Part shown: positions 28,201 to 40,030 of the stretch, in pieces
Numbering within the stretch: the first letter of the stretch is position 1
Layout: every line of letters starts with the position of its first letter
Assembly (NCBI GenBank): GCA_036785375.1
Contig: JAWMAR010000612.1
Coordinates: 930,001 to 994,000 of the forward strand
Length of the DNA: 64,000 nt
Direction of reading: 5' to 3'
From: Leucoraja ocellata
Lineage: Eukaryota
Notes under the pieces: model-generated
Databases searched by the model: none
What the model was told of the DNA's origin: nothing
What the model saw: only the letters and a program-made list of their open reading frames with translations
Translations under genes and position numbers: made by a program

Positions 28201-31200
28201 ACTGCCTTCTGTGGCAGAGAATTCCAGATTCACAACTCCCTGGGTGAAAATGTTCTTACTCATCTCAGTCCTAAATCTCAGTCCCCTTATTCTTAAACAG
28301 TGACCCTTGGTTCTGTACTCCCCCAACATCGGGAACATTTTTCCTGCATCTAGCCTGTCCAATTCTTTAAGAATTTTATATGTTTCAACTATAAGATCCC
28401 CTCCCACCCTTCTAAATTCCAGTGAATACAATCCCAGTTGACCTATTCTTTCCTCATATGTCAGTCCCGCCATCCTGGGAATTAACCTGGTGAACCTACA
28501 CTGCACTCCCTCAATCGCAATAATGTCATTCCTCAAATTAGGAGACCAAAATTGCACACAATACTCCAGGTGCGGTTTCACCAGGGTCCTATACAACTAC
28601 AGTAGGACCTCGTTGCTCCTAAACTCAAATCTATGTTTTTCTATGTTTTTAAATTTTACGGACAACTTTGGAATTTTTAACATGTCTTTATCCCTGAAAC
28701 TGTACATGCACTGCCTATATACAAATCAGAGACTGTCATTCCTTTAGGGAGAACAAGGGAATCGAGAGGCGAGTGTTGAGCAAGGAAATGATAGCAATGT
28801 TGTAAGGCATGAATCTTATCACAATCTCAATGGGCTGCACAACTCCCTATTTTTAAGAATTCTCCATCTCACAAATTCCACATGTAATAACAGAATTAAG
28901 TATGCTGCTTTCTGCCATTTATCTGCGTGGAGCTGAAAAGTCGTCAATTGAAGAACAATCAAATAAAGGGACAAGCCCAAATCCTATTTGAAGAGATTTG
29001 CAAACCAAGCCACAGACACCCAATTTCATTCTACAGTTTATACACCATGTCAATGCATCAAGAGTAAAGGTTTGTAAATGGAGGAATGAATATCTGTAAA
29101 GGCTGCAAATGTTATTTCTCCCATAAACAATTGGCATAACCAAGAGGAATCTTCCAACACTGGATGAGTTTACCAAAATTCATATCTCTTCAACTAATGT
29201 TATTTCAGCCCAGAGACAAAAAATTCCAATCTTGCCCACATTACATTGTAGCCTACGCCAAGAGATATTTGTTCTTCAATGAAAACATTAGTTACTAATT
29301 ATTATCTAGTAATTTGTAGTCTGCCTTGCATAGAAAATGCCACTTGAAAAATATGTTTCTTGTGGCATTTGCTTGATAATATTTGGGGAACAGGCTCTCA
29401 TTGCATGAGATCTTCATTCCGGCAAATTTGCAAAATAAATAGAACAGATGACATCAACGCTGCCAACTTTAACTCATAGTTTCTATATGTCCTCTGGTCT
29501 TAGGGAGCAATGGTGACTTTTAAATATTGTTTCAAGTGAAGAGGATGGGACATAGAGCTCTTTCCAACAATTTAGACAATGAGAAATGTCATCTTAAAAT
29601 ATGACCAGCCAACGAAACTATGCATGATCATTTGCTACCAATACTCCTCCAAATCCACCCCAGCCCTGTACTTTGCCAAAGTCAATTACAAAAGCCCACG
29701 TTCCATTTGGAGGCGCGAACGAAAGGCCAGCACACATAATTGCACTTATACGTTACGTTATCAACTGCATTCTTATAACTCTTCCTCTACATCATCCAAA
29801 GCGAAACATTTCCAGCATATTCAGAAAGAACTCCCTCATTTCATAGATCATATTATACCCCTCTGATGCATACTAGGATCAAACTGGTGCAAGGAAGTTC
29901 AATGTTTACCCAACATAGCACTGACAGAATAAACTAAATCACATTGAGAACATGCCTGGTCTATTTGAAATGTGCATCCAATTTATAGATGGTCTGTTAT
30001 TTAAATGCCATTGACAGTATTTTTCTATTATTTAGATAATACATTACTTCAAAATATCTGGACACTTGCTGCAAGTGTTCATTACGCTGGCTTCCATTTA
30101 TTGCCACTGTATCCCACTGTTCACATCTTCAGTGTTTATTCAGCCAGGAATATTTAATATCTTTCACACATCATATTTCTGTTGTAAAATATTTCATACT
30201 TACTTCTTATTCCAGCCACTATAATGTATGAAGTATTTCACTTGTTTGTCCTTTATAGCAACCTTTACGCACTATATTTAAAAATAAAAGAAAAATATTG
30301 TAAATTTCAAATGTAGTAACAACCCAGCAAATTAAATAGACCACTGGGAATATGATATTTAAATAATAAGCATTATCGTGACTGACATTTACCAAATAAC
30401 ATTCCAACCTTCACAGCTAGTAAGATTACTGAAAAGAATGATTGCACAAAAAAAGATATCTGTAACCAATTAAATATTGAAAGAAAAACTAATATGTGCT
30501 CCAGTGTAAAATCTGTGTCAAAGAAAATAACTGCAAACTCCCTGATCTCTTCCCTGCTTTTCACTGGAGCACAGATTTGAGATTCTCAATACCATCCAGA
30601 ATGCTCCTTCTCCACTTTCAGTCATGGGCCAGGGATTCCCAGGGGAAAATGGGAAATGTTGAACATTTTCAATGCTGCTTTCAGAGCATCCTTTCACATT
30701 TTCCTGTGTCAGCCTGGTAATCTCTTCCTGTTGCATAGCTCAGAATAGATTGCCAGTAGAAGGTAAAGTGATCTGCAAACAGAGCTTTGCCATTTGATAA
30801 AAAACTTCACAGAGTTATACAAATCAAATGTCTCGAATTTCATGGGCTGTTTAAAGTGACTGAAGGCATTACTCAGAGGAGCAGTGAGGGTCTGATAGTT
30901 AACATTTGCAAGATTTAAACAAATATTTTATTGTTTTACTGAAGGAGGGAATCCATGCACAATCTGTCCACGTCTTTAATAGTGACACTGATTGTGTATT
31001 TGGAAGGTGCTGTTGCAAGTCTAATTACAGAGCATTTTGAACATGATATTGTACATGATACTGCAGCCATGGTGTATCAGTTGCTGATGTTGTGAAAGGG
31101 AGAGATTTCACTGTTAAATGTTCATCAATAGCCCCTACTAAAAGAGAATTGGAGGGAATACCAAAGTGATTCAAAGGGATGAATCTAATTGCAGCTCTTA

Positions 31201-34200
31201 CTTCCTGTACACTCATTCCTAAAGGTAGGTATATAACCTAAAAATATTGTGATTCATACTGTATGAATGTTTGGCAATTAAAATTTAAATTCAATTTTTA
31301 AAGACATATACACTTTAATTCTCAGCACTAATCAAAATGTTTTTTTATTATCTAGACAAAAACTATGGACCTTGGTCAACTAAGGCCCAGGAACTGATGG
31401 AATGTGCAGCTTTTGGTATATGGCAAATTAGATTTCTGTAAGTACTATACTTAATATCCCTCTGTGAAGTACCCAGCTAAAACAATGAACACTTGCTTTG
31501 AACAAATCACCACATATTTGGAAAATTTCCAATTGATTGCCAGTCTGTGAAATTGCCATTCAGATGATGAGTGAGAATAAAACATTATTGATGCAGCATA
31601 AGTGACCTCGTGGCCCTGCATTGAATACAGAGGTGGAATGGTTGTAGAACTGGTTAAGCAAATGGTGTTTTGGGTCAGGACCCTTCTTCAAGTAGGAGGG
31701 GGGGAAGGGGGGGGGGGGGATGCTGAAGAGCTGGAGGTGAGAAAAGACCAAACAGGGCTGGCTTCAAATTACCTCAGGCAGGATGGTGCATAGGCCCATT
31801 GATGGCATGGGAAGGTATGATCTCAAGAGGGATACAATGTGGTGAACTGTGGAATTGGTTAAATGACTAGGGTGAAAGAAGGAGGCAAGGGTGGCCGATT
31901 GGGAAAGGGGGAAAGGGGGAGATGCAGCGAGACCTGGGTGTCATGGTACACCAGTCATTGAAGGTAGGCATGCAGGTGCAGCAGGCAGTAAAGAAAGCGA
32001 ATGGTATGTTAGCTTTCATTGCAAAAGGATTTGAGTATAGGAGCAGGGAGGTTCTACTGCAGTTGTACAGGGTCTTGGTGAGACCACACCTGGAGTATTG
32101 CGTACAGTTTTGGTCTCCAAATCTGAGGAAGGACATTATTACCATAGAGGGAGTGCAGAGACGGTTCACCAGACTGATTCCTGGGATGTCAGGACTGTCT
32201 TATGAGGAAAGACTGGATAGACTTGGTTTATACTCTCTAGAATTTAGAAGATTGAGAGGGGATCTTATAGAAACTTACAAAATTCTTAAGGGGTTGGACA
32301 GGCTAGATGCAGGAAGATTGTTCCCGATGTTAGGGAAGTCCAGGACTAGGGGTCACAGCTTAAGGATAAGGGGGAAATCCTTTAAAACCGAGATGAGAAG
32401 AACTTTTTTCACGCAGAGAGTGGTGAATCTCTGGAACTCTCTGCCACAGAGGGTAGTTGAGGCCAGTTCATTGGCTGTATTTAAGAGGGAGTTAGATGTG
32501 GCCCTTGTGGCTAAGGGGATCAGGGGGCATGGAGAGAAGGCAGGTACGGGATACTGAGTTGGATGATCAGTCATGATCATATTGAATGGCGGTGCAGGCT
32601 CGAAGGGCCGAATGGCCTACTCCTGCACCTAATTTCTATGTTTCTATGTAAGGGGGAGAGGGGAATAAATGTCAGAAAGATAGCAGCTTCAACACAAGGT
32701 AGAGGAATTGTCATGAAATTAAAACAATAAAGGAAAAGGGACCTGTCATCTTCCAACAGTAATTACGTAACTGCCATCCAAGTACAACTACCTCTCAGAT
32801 TCATCTTCAGCTCATTCAACGAAGAGCTCCACTTCCTAGCTGTAACTTAAATAATCTTGATGAACCTGTCCATGCGCTTAACCCTTTCAAATCTTTCCAC
32901 GCTCTTAACCCTTCCTACATTTAACCTGTGTTCCATATCCCTTTGTACTCTCTGCATTCCTGTCATCCAATTTTCACCACCAGTTCCCCCAAAGCCAATA
33001 TGCTCCACTCAGACCGGATCAACCTTTTGATCACCCATCCTCCCATTCCCCAATATTGCTCAGTAAAGCTCCTGCAAAACACATAGTGTTTCTTTAGCAC
33101 ATAAAAAATGTAACTGACTCGACCTCAGACAGCTGTTAGGAAGCAGATTCGATCAGTGTCCAGAGTTAGTTGTTTGTGATGGGTTGTCCTCACCCCAAGC
33201 TCAGTCAGATACAGGTGTGGAATGTCAGTTAGATCATATTCATAAGAGCTTAAGACATAGAAGCAGAATTAGGCCATTTGACCAAATGAGTCTGCTCTGA
33301 CATTCGATTATGGCTGATCTATTTTTCCCTCTCAACCTATTTCTCCCACCATCTCCCTGCAACTTTTGACACCCTTACTAAGCAAGAACCTATGAATCTC
33401 CACTTTAAAAATAGCCAATGATCACCTCCACCGCCGTCTGTGGCAATTAATTCCAGATTCGCCACCCTCTGGCGAAAAAAAAAAGATCTTCATTTCCATT
33501 CTAGGGGTACGTTGTTTTATTCTAAGGCTGTGCCCTCTGGACCTAGACTCTCCCACTACTGCAAACATTCTTTCCACATCCACCCTAGACCTTTCATGAA
33601 TCACTAGATTTCAAAGAGATTCCTGCCCACCCCCTTGTCTTTCTCTATGGCAGCAATTGTGGGTTTGGGAGTTGCCACAAACTTGCAAAGTTGCTACAGT
33701 GATTTCCATTCTTAGCTGAATGTACCCATGTCAAAGGGGGGGGGGGGGACATATTAAGGATGATGCATGAAGGTGCAGATGTCTTCTTTTAGGCAGTCAA
33801 CAATTGGTAAATGAGTCATGAGTTTACAGACACAAGAGACTGCAGATGCTGAAATGATGGCAAAAAGAGAGCTGCTGGAGGAACTCTGGATTCTGAAGGA
33901 ACTCTGGCCTCATTCTGCCAATGGAGGCGGCCCAGGACAGAATGGTCAGTGTGGGAATGCGAATGGGAGTTGAAATAGTTGGCAACTGGAAGATCCCATA
34001 GGCCGAGGCAACCGAAAGCAAGTGTCCAGTCGTTTGAACAGTTCCACAGTTCTTCGCATTGTGTCTCTTGAGATCACACCTTCCCTCGCCAACAGTGGAC
34101 CTACCAGAAACTGCCCTGCCAGAGGTCATCCAAGCTGCCAGACTTTGCTTCGAATAACACGATTTTATTATCTTGCTCGGTTTCTAGTCACAGTAACTCC

Positions 34201-37200
34201 AACAAATTAGCATATTTCTGAAAATCATTCTGAAATCCATTACACAATTTCTTGGTAGAAACACTTGGAACAAGCGAGAGAACTGGAAAATTACTGGAAC
34301 CATATAGATTCATTTTCCTTTACTGAGAGAAGGAATGGTATTGTTAATTTCCTTCATCTGTTGAGATTCTTGCCAACACATTCTCTTGTATCAAATGAAA
34401 CACCCTTAAGAGCTGAATTAAGAGCGAACCAAGACACATTCCTATCAACTTGTTGACATGGCAATAAATTTCTTGAATCTTGAATTCAACTTCAAGTAGT
34501 TTAGATTTCTCCTCCGTGCTAAATAGGTGACGTATCTTTAAATCTTAAAACTATAAAGTCAAAGTCCAAACAACACTTCAACATCTTTCTCATCCCAGAC
34601 AAATCAGGACAGGATAAATAACAACCAATTATCCTTATCCTCAATGTTCTTCTTTTTGTACCTGCTACCACCTTTATAGCAATTGATAGTATTGTCACAG
34701 TTTCTCAGAATTCCTTTATCCTATCACTCAATCCTTTATGAAACCAGGAGATCCAATGGGAAATCTCCAGATAGCCACTTTTTTCCTAATATCCATAAAT
34801 CACAAACAACATGACTCAATTGTTCTATCCCCCCCATAATCCATGCTTGGAATGGGACAACTATGGGTTTCAACCTATATCGACCCACATTAAAATTTTG
34901 ATCACATCCTGTGACAGGAATCCTTCGTTGGGTTTTTGCAGAAAAAATCGGAACAATGCAAATACAGAAAATGATGCACATACTACTTACATACAAAACA
35001 AAAACCGTTTTAAGTTCTGATGAATCCATTGTGAAACATTGCCATTCTTCTCTCCCTATAGGAAAATAAATCTATTCCACCAATAACCCCATTGGATTTC
35101 AGACCAATTTTCAGAAATATGTTGAAGATATGATTATAGACAGCACAAGACAGACATTTGCTAGAGCATTCTAACAATACTCAGTATTCCAATAACTTAA
35201 AAAATCTTCAAAATAATTTGTATAGCACATACCTTAGCCTCGTAAAGCAATGGCCCATGGAAACACAAGACACGTTCACCTGAAATTAAAAGATTAGGTG
35301 ATTATTCTGAAAAGGTTTACGATGGTTCTGTTGCAGTTACACTGAAATTTTCAAAATGGTTAGAATAATTGGAAGTCTGTGTTTAAATCTTGGCAAAAAT
35401 GTTTTTATATTCCAGGCCATATATCAACCCTAGAAATTAGAATATAAATGTTGTGTTTTATTCTCTCCCCAGCTCAAATCTGGAAAGAATGCAATGATTC
35501 ATTTTCTTTTGCTTCTGTAGTACTTTTACGCTAAATTTGTTTCAGTTGAATTTAACAAAAAAACATAATTTCTCAAGAGTATTTTACTGAGATGAAATTA
35601 CAGCATGTTTTAATTACAATTGTGAATTAACAGACATTGAGCAAATTATCTGTCTCTTAGGTAGTTGGTAATTACAGCTCGTTACCATTGCAAGTTCTAA
35701 CAGCAACAGATGAAGGAGATAAAAGCTGCAGACATCATGATACGTCAAAATCTGTTTGCACTAAATGAGCGTTCATTAGTTATTTTGGTCTTTAATATCA
35801 TATCTCCAGTACATGGACGGGAAGCATTAGAGGGGAGGCTGAAGCGATTATCAAAGGGTAACTATACATATAGTTGGTCAATAAACCAAATATTTCAGAT
35901 CATTGCCTGACTTTGGACATCAAACCAGGAGAACATTGGAGGTATAAATACTAGGCTAACTTCAGAGGAGGACAGCAAAGAATAAAGACTTGCAAATATA
36001 ACATCCTTCACAACCTTAAAAACTTCAAAGCACAGCTAATTACTTTTTTTAGGTACAATTATTGTTATGTACAAAACGGTGGCCAATTTGTGCTCAGCAA
36101 TTTTCTGTAAAAGCTATGAGATACAAAGTTTGACTTTAAGAGGATGCAAACTGAGTGATAATCACTGGCCAGGGCAATGTATGCTACATACAAAACAGCA
36201 GCCATTACACAATGTTTCAGAGATTCAATATGTTGACCAACAATTGGACACATGCCTGCTTCTTAACTGGCACAGCCTGTAGCTGCAGGGAGGTGTACAG
36301 AAGAGGCGATTCTCTGTCAGAGGAAATATTTCAAGCCACAATATTTATGTTCAATAGAGCAAATCAGCTGGAAAACCTGGGTTTGATAAAGCAGACATCT
36401 TAAAAAAAAGAATGAAATTAATTCATCATACCATATATTTTTCCATGTTTGGCAAAGGTGTGATGAATGAGCAGAATTACACTTATGTTACACACCATCC
36501 AGCTATTTTAAAGCACTCTGATGTATAAGCTAGCTAGCCGTAGATATCCTTAGGCAATAGTTGCAAGATTACTGCTTGCATTCATATAATCCTGAGACTT
36601 TATAAGACACTGGTCATGCCATATTTGAAATATCGCGAGTAGTTTTGGGCCCCATATCTGAGGAAGGAAGTGTTGGAGTTGGACAGGGTCCAGTGTTGGT
36701 TTACGAGAATAATCCGAGGTTGACGTACAAGGAACATTGGATGGCTCTGGCCTGCACTCATTGGAGTTTAGAAGGATGAGGGGATCTCATTGAAACCTAC
36801 TGAATAATGAAAGGCCTAGATAAAGTAGATGTAGAGAGGGTAAGAATAAAAAGGTTAAAAGGACATATCGTTAGAATGGAGATGAGGAATTTCTTTGTGG
36901 TGAATCTGTGGAATTCAATGCCACAGATGGCAGCAGAGGCCAAGTCATTGGGTATTTTTAAAGCAGAGATCGACAGGTTCAGATTATTAGGGTGTCAACT
37001 ATTACAGGGTAAAGGGAGGGAAATGGGGTTGAGAGGGAAGCTATGATTGAGTGGCTGAGCAGATTCAATGGCCCAATTTTGTTCCTACTCCTATGGTCTT
37101 ATGTCTGAGGGGGAATACTCTGGATCCAAAACCTGACTACACAGTCTAGGCTGATACCCGAGAGCTGCCAACAACAAGCTTGAACATGAGGAGATTTCGG

Positions 37201-39147
37201 AAAGTTTTGTTTAACTCTTCAGTAGATGTTAATATCATTGTCAATGCTTGCATTTGTTGTTAAATCATAGTTGTGCCAGAATTGATGAAGCAGGTACAAG
37301 TTCAGCACAATGGATGGCATCACATTCAACTAGACCAAATGGCAGATTTCTTGAAAGGAATTAAAGCATCGGACAGGTAAGAATTTGATCCTGGTTGACT
37401 CGTGTATTTGAACTTTCGGTTAATGAACGGATCTTAGGATTACTCTACTCTGCAACACGAGTGCTAATGTTTCCGCAATATCCTCGAACAATGAAACCTA
37501 AACTGATCTGATATGCCTGCTGTTGGTGGGATCTTGCTGTGAACAGATTGGCTGTTATGTACTTTTCCATACCACAGTATTCATGCATTAAAAATACTCA
37601 GAGGGTGTGCAATATTTGTTGGATGCCAATGGTCTAATTGTCCATTTTTTTCAAATCACATTAGAATTGGAAAATTCTCATGTAAACATGTCACTAATAT
37701 TGTGTTGCCATTTGCAATATAACAACACCTCAGGTTTGCACCTTCTTGATCCCTATCCTGATTGATACAGAAATACTCTTGGATACAACCAGATTAACTT
37801 CCCAACCTCTGCTCACTTAATAAAAAAGCTAAATTTTAAGAAATGTTTTTATATCTTTCAGTTCTGACAAAAGGCCATTGATCTGAAATTTAACCCTACC
37901 TTCCTCTCTCCACAGATGCTGAGTGATTCCAGCATATTCTGTTTTATTAAAAGACAGCAAGTCCATCAGCACCTGAAAAATAAAAAAAAATACAGGCCGT
38001 TTCAGATGTAGACTCTTTTGTCAGAATAGTTCTGACATAGGGTCTACACCCGAAATGTTAAGCTATCTTTGCAGCTGCTAATGGACTTGCTGTGTATTTC
38101 CATGATTTATTTTTATTCTACATTATTCAAGTGCTAATGCAGACACAGCCAGCATAAAGCAGCAACACAATCTCAACCTAAACTGCTTTAATTCCACTTC
38201 CCATTTAGCAATCATGCAATACATCGATAATTGTAAAGCCACGCCTTCTCACGTTCATCACAATAATTTGACTTTAGCACATTGATCGAGATAGGGCAAT
38301 TCAACAATATTGGAGACTCCCAGAATTCCAGCTTTTGTCCAAGCAGGAATCCTGGGTTGAAGAACTCAAATGTGGGAACATGCAAACACTTCAATTCCTA
38401 TTTGATGCAAAACAAGATTCTTTAAAATCAATAGTCATCCAAACCTGTTTAACCAGGATGTATTATTTACTTGTAAAATACACCTACAGGAATGTGCATG
38501 ACTATTTTAAGCCATTTGCTGAGTATTGCAGTGTAAATTCAAATGCAGAACAATCCACATGCAAAAGAATCTATTGTAGTCATTCAGTTAATATTTTACG
38601 TTTTAAAAGTCTTCACAAACCCCAAAACCAAAAAATATATTGAATTTAACAAAACCCTTTTGTGTACTTTTACAGCTTTTAAAACAAATACATACCACTG
38701 CACTGTTGCGTGGTACTTGTCAAAAACTGCTTGCAATCCTCAAAAGAAAATCACAAACCTGAATCTAGATGAAAACCTTTGATCAGTTTCACCTTATTTT
38801 TAAAGTAGGAATGTATTTTTGCATTGCTGTTGCATAGTATGTCTTGCCGGGGGTTGGGGGATGGAGTGCACAAGTACACACACACACACAGAACCTGGCG
38901 GAGGAAATACTCTGCGCGGTTTTTTCTGCAGGCTAGCAATGCTGACAGCAGGGAAAGACTGTAACGTGCTTACATTGAAGGTGTAACCAGTCTCCATTCA
39001 GGCGCCTCCTAGCCCAGCTGCCCAGAAAGGCTTCCCCGTACGCATGCGCGGTAGGGGCGGGCGGGCAGAGCCGGCGCCATGTTTCCCCCCCGCACGGTGG
39101 GCCTCACCTTCTTGAAATTTAGGTCTCGGGTCCGGTTTCGGAGCCAT
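4128..39147 (-). CDS. MORF4L1: Mortality factor 4-like protein 1 (MRG15), chromodomain + MRG domain; 12 coding exons, 975 nt, 324 aa (span including introns)
   Basis: Hand-spliced exons (40+47+68+87+81+26+89+102+92+173+85+85 = 975 nt) give one open frame, [65 protein letters not shown]...[14 protein letters not shown]. This closely matches vertebrate MRG15 as I recall it. All acceptors are AG; all donors are GT except one GC. Confidence 0.98.
4900..5190 (+). mobile_element. Old CR1 LINE fragment
   Basis: Degenerate coding sequence of the GDFIEAY / [17 protein letters not shown] / WNEL type. Confidence 0.65.
5975..6059 (-). CDS. MORF4L1: MORF4L1 exon 11 ([29 protein letters not shown])
   Basis: TAACAG| acceptor, |GTAAGT donor, 85 nt. 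Confidence 0.97.
6644..7268. mobile_element. MITE-like element with ~180-bp inverted arms
   Basis: 6644-6827 is the reverse complement of 7094-7268 (GTAGGCTGTGGGCCGAG...GTGACCCAAGTCACCAAACTACATGAAATTTTCACATATTGTG...GGAAAAATGTCGGGAAT); no coding capacity. Confidence 0.8.
7510..7682 (-). CDS. MORF4L1: MORF4L1 exon 10 ([57 protein letters not shown])
   Basis: TTTCAG| acceptor, non-canonical TTG|GCAAGT donor, 173 nt. Confidence 0.96.
9629..9720 (-). CDS. MORF4L1: MORF4L1 exon 9 ([31 protein letters not shown])
   Basis: TTAAAG| acceptor, |GTGAGT donor, 92 nt; visible in ORF 9625..9828(-). Confidence 0.97.
12121..12222 (-). CDS. MORF4L1: MORF4L1 exon 8 ([34 protein letters not shown])
   Basis: CTGCAG| acceptor, CAG|GTTAGT donor, 102 nt; start of the MRG domain. 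Confidence 0.97.
14243..14331 (-). CDS. MORF4L1: MORF4L1 exon 7 ([30 protein letters not shown])
   Basis: TTTTAG| acceptor, |GTATGT donor, 89 nt; contains the basic NLS-like stretch RKKRAR. Confidence 0.96.
14790..16030 (+). mobile_element. Penelope-like element remnant (GIY-YIG endonuclease region + 3' terminus), interrupted by a SINE
   Basis: Frameshifted [22 protein letters not shown] linker. [32 protein letters not shown] (GIY-YIG-like) at about 15280-15375. Pyrimidine-rich tail and terminal CTGAAGA module at about 15905. Confidence 0.75.
14985..15210 (+). mobile_element. V-SINE (HE1-like tRNA-derived SINE)
   Basis: B-box GGTTCGATCCC followed by the V-domain GTTTGTACGTTCTCCCCGTGACCTGCGTGGGTTTTCTCC...GGTTTCCTCCCACA. 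Confidence 0.8.
16986..17011 (-). CDS. MORF4L1: MORF4L1 exon 6 (KTKKNKQK), 26-nt small exon
   Basis: TTTCAG| acceptor, AAG|GTAAGC donor; keeps the frame. Confidence 0.95.
18100..18480 (+). mobile_element. Decayed Rex1/Babar-type LINE 3' fragment
   Basis: Encodes [16 protein letters not shown] and [32 protein letters not shown]...TIRLLN. Confidence 0.7.
18601..18830 (-). mobile_element. CR1 LINE 3' end (different subfamily)
   Basis: Encodes [37 protein letters not shown]; (CCATATAA)n tail. Confidence 0.75.
19188..19268 (-). CDS. MORF4L1: MORF4L1 exon 5 ([27 protein letters not shown])
   Basis: CTTTAG| acceptor, |GTAAGT donor, 81 nt. Confidence 0.96.
20281..20367 (-). CDS. MORF4L1: MORF4L1 exon 4 ([29 protein letters not shown])
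   Basis: TTTTAG| acceptor, |GTGAGT donor, 87 nt. Confidence 0.97.
20944..21286. repeat. GC/CpG-rich inverted repeat (~92-96-bp arms), probably the interior of a non-autonomous DNA transposon spanning about 20600-21369
   Basis: 20944-21039 pairs with 21195-21286; extra hairpin AAATTACCCGAA/TTCGGGTAATTT at 21314-21349; CAGTGTTTCC-like terminus at 21369(-). Confidence 0.7.
23120..23620 (+). mobile_element. Decayed Rex1/Babar-type LINE 3' fragment
   Basis: Encodes [18 protein letters not shown] and [16 protein letters not shown]; similar pieces at 45280-45390(-) and 57420-57640(+). Confidence 0.65.
24045..24320 (-). mobile_element. V-SINE (HE1-like); related copies at about 19680-19960, 25400-25660 and 46400-46720 (all minus)
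   Basis: Antisense V-domain (GTGTGGGAGGAGACTGGAG...AAACCCCACGCAGTC...GAGAATGTACAAACTCCATACAGACAGCACC). Confidence 0.78.
28014..28630 (-). mobile_element. CR1-clade LINE 3' fragment
   Basis: ORF 28192..28596(-) reads [24 protein letters not shown]...; same family as 31895-32649; tail at the left end. Confidence 0.92.
30204..30271 (-). CDS. MORF4L1: MORF4L1 exon 3 ([23 protein letters not shown])
   Basis: ATATAG| acceptor, |GTAAGT donor, 68 nt; chromodomain. Confidence 0.97.
31895..32649 (+). mobile_element. CR1-clade LINE 3' fragment (young, ORF2 C-terminus intact)
   Basis: ORF 31922..32557 reads ...[19 protein letters not shown]...[14 protein letters not shown]...[14 protein letters not shown]; 3' tail (TTTCTATG)n. 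Confidence 0.93.
33250..33600 (-). mobile_element. Decayed CR1 LINE 3' fragment
   Basis: Encodes [23 protein letters not shown]; tail GACATAGAAGCAGAATTAGGCCATT. Confidence 0.8.
35233..35279 (-). CDS. MORF4L1: MORF4L1 exon 2 ([16 protein letters not shown])
   Basis: TTTCAG| acceptor, AAG|GTATGT donor, 47 nt. Confidence 0.97.
36590..37105 (+). mobile_element. Decayed CR1 LINE 3' fragment
   Basis: Encodes [34 protein letters not shown]; similar to the other CR1 copies. Confidence 0.8.
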
Positions 39148-39400
39148 CAAGTCAAACCGTTTCTCCGTGCTAAATCCGACTGCCTGTCCACCTTCGCTCT
39201 CTCCCAACCATAATCGCAGCCCGGTCTCTCCCCACCGCTAGGTTACGCACAGCCGCCGAGCAACACGACGCCGCCCAGCAAAGGGTCTTCAGAGCGACGA
39301 GACACGCACAGGGTAGTACGTCACCACGTTGGCGGATCACCTATGGCTACTACGCATGCGTCCGTGCCCTGTGGCCTTGAGGGAGTTGTAGTTCATCTGG
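38990..39400 (-). promoter_or_regulatory. MORF4L1 CpG-island promoter / first-exon region
   Basis: High CpG density. GAACTACAACTCCC (ZNF143/SBS-THAP11-type motif) at 39381-39394(-). NRF1-like CGCATGCG at about 39352-39361 and 39041-39050. CRE-like TACGTCA at 39317-39323. YY1-like CGCCATGTT at 39075-39083. No TATA box seen. Confidence 0.8.
39108..39147 (-). CDS. MORF4L1: MORF4L1 coding exon 1 ([14 protein letters not shown])
   Basis: ATG at 39147-39145; donor G|GTGAGG; 40 nt; lies in a CpG island. Confidence 0.97.
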
Positions 39401-39404
39401 AACA

Positions 39405-39451
39405 TAATAATAATAATAATAATATATTTCAAGTTCAAGTTCAAGTTCAAG
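39405..39451 (+). repeat. (TAA)n followed by (TTCAAG)n microsatellites, likely retroelement tails
   Basis: Directly visible tandem arrays just upstream of the MORF4L1 promoter. Confidence 0.8.
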
Positions 39452-39789
39452 TGAGTTTATTGTCATGTGTCCCTGTATAGGACAATAAAATTCTTGTTTT
39501 GCTTAAGCACACAGAACATAGTAGGCATTTACTACAAAACAGATAAGTGTGTCCATATACCATGATTTTATTGTCATTGCACATAAGCGCAATGAGATTT
39601 GGTATGCAGCTTCCATCCGATGTCATAACATAAATAACTAATAAAATATTGATTTAGATATTTAGATAGCCCGAGAACATGGATTGCAAAAAGAACAGTA
39701 AAATAGTCAAAACAGTTCAAACAGACTAAAGTGCAGATGTGTCTGTGCGGCATAACTATCCGAGGGAGATAGTCCAGGGGGGGGGGGGA

Positions 39790-40030
39790 GTGGGGGGCAC
39801 TCAGTAGGGCCGGTTCAGAGCCGCTATAGCTCTGGGAATGAAGCTGTTCCTGAGTCTGGAGGTTCGGGCGTGGAAGGCCTTGTGATGTCTGCCGGAGGGA
39901 AGTAGTTTGAACAGTCCATTACAAGGGTGTGAGGAGTCTTTATGGATGCTGACGGCCTTCCTGGGGCACCGTGTGTGGTAGATGCCCTCCAAGCCTGATA
40001 GCTGTGTCCCAATAATCTTCTGCGCTCTGT
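39790..40030 (-). mobile_element. Rex1/Babar-type LINE 3' fragment
   Basis: ORF EGIYHTRCPRKAVSIHKDSSHPCNGLFKLLPSGRHHKAFHARTSRLRNSFIPRAIAALN carries the LPSGRR...RLRNSFFP C-terminal signature of this group. Confidence 0.75.

Noticed and set aside
31922-32557. 211-aa ORF as a host gene
   Set aside because: It is the C-terminal part of a CR1 LINE ORF2
34530-35210. Possible L1/Tx1 remnant (also 60560-61900)
   Set aside because: Too degraded to support any family assignment by eye
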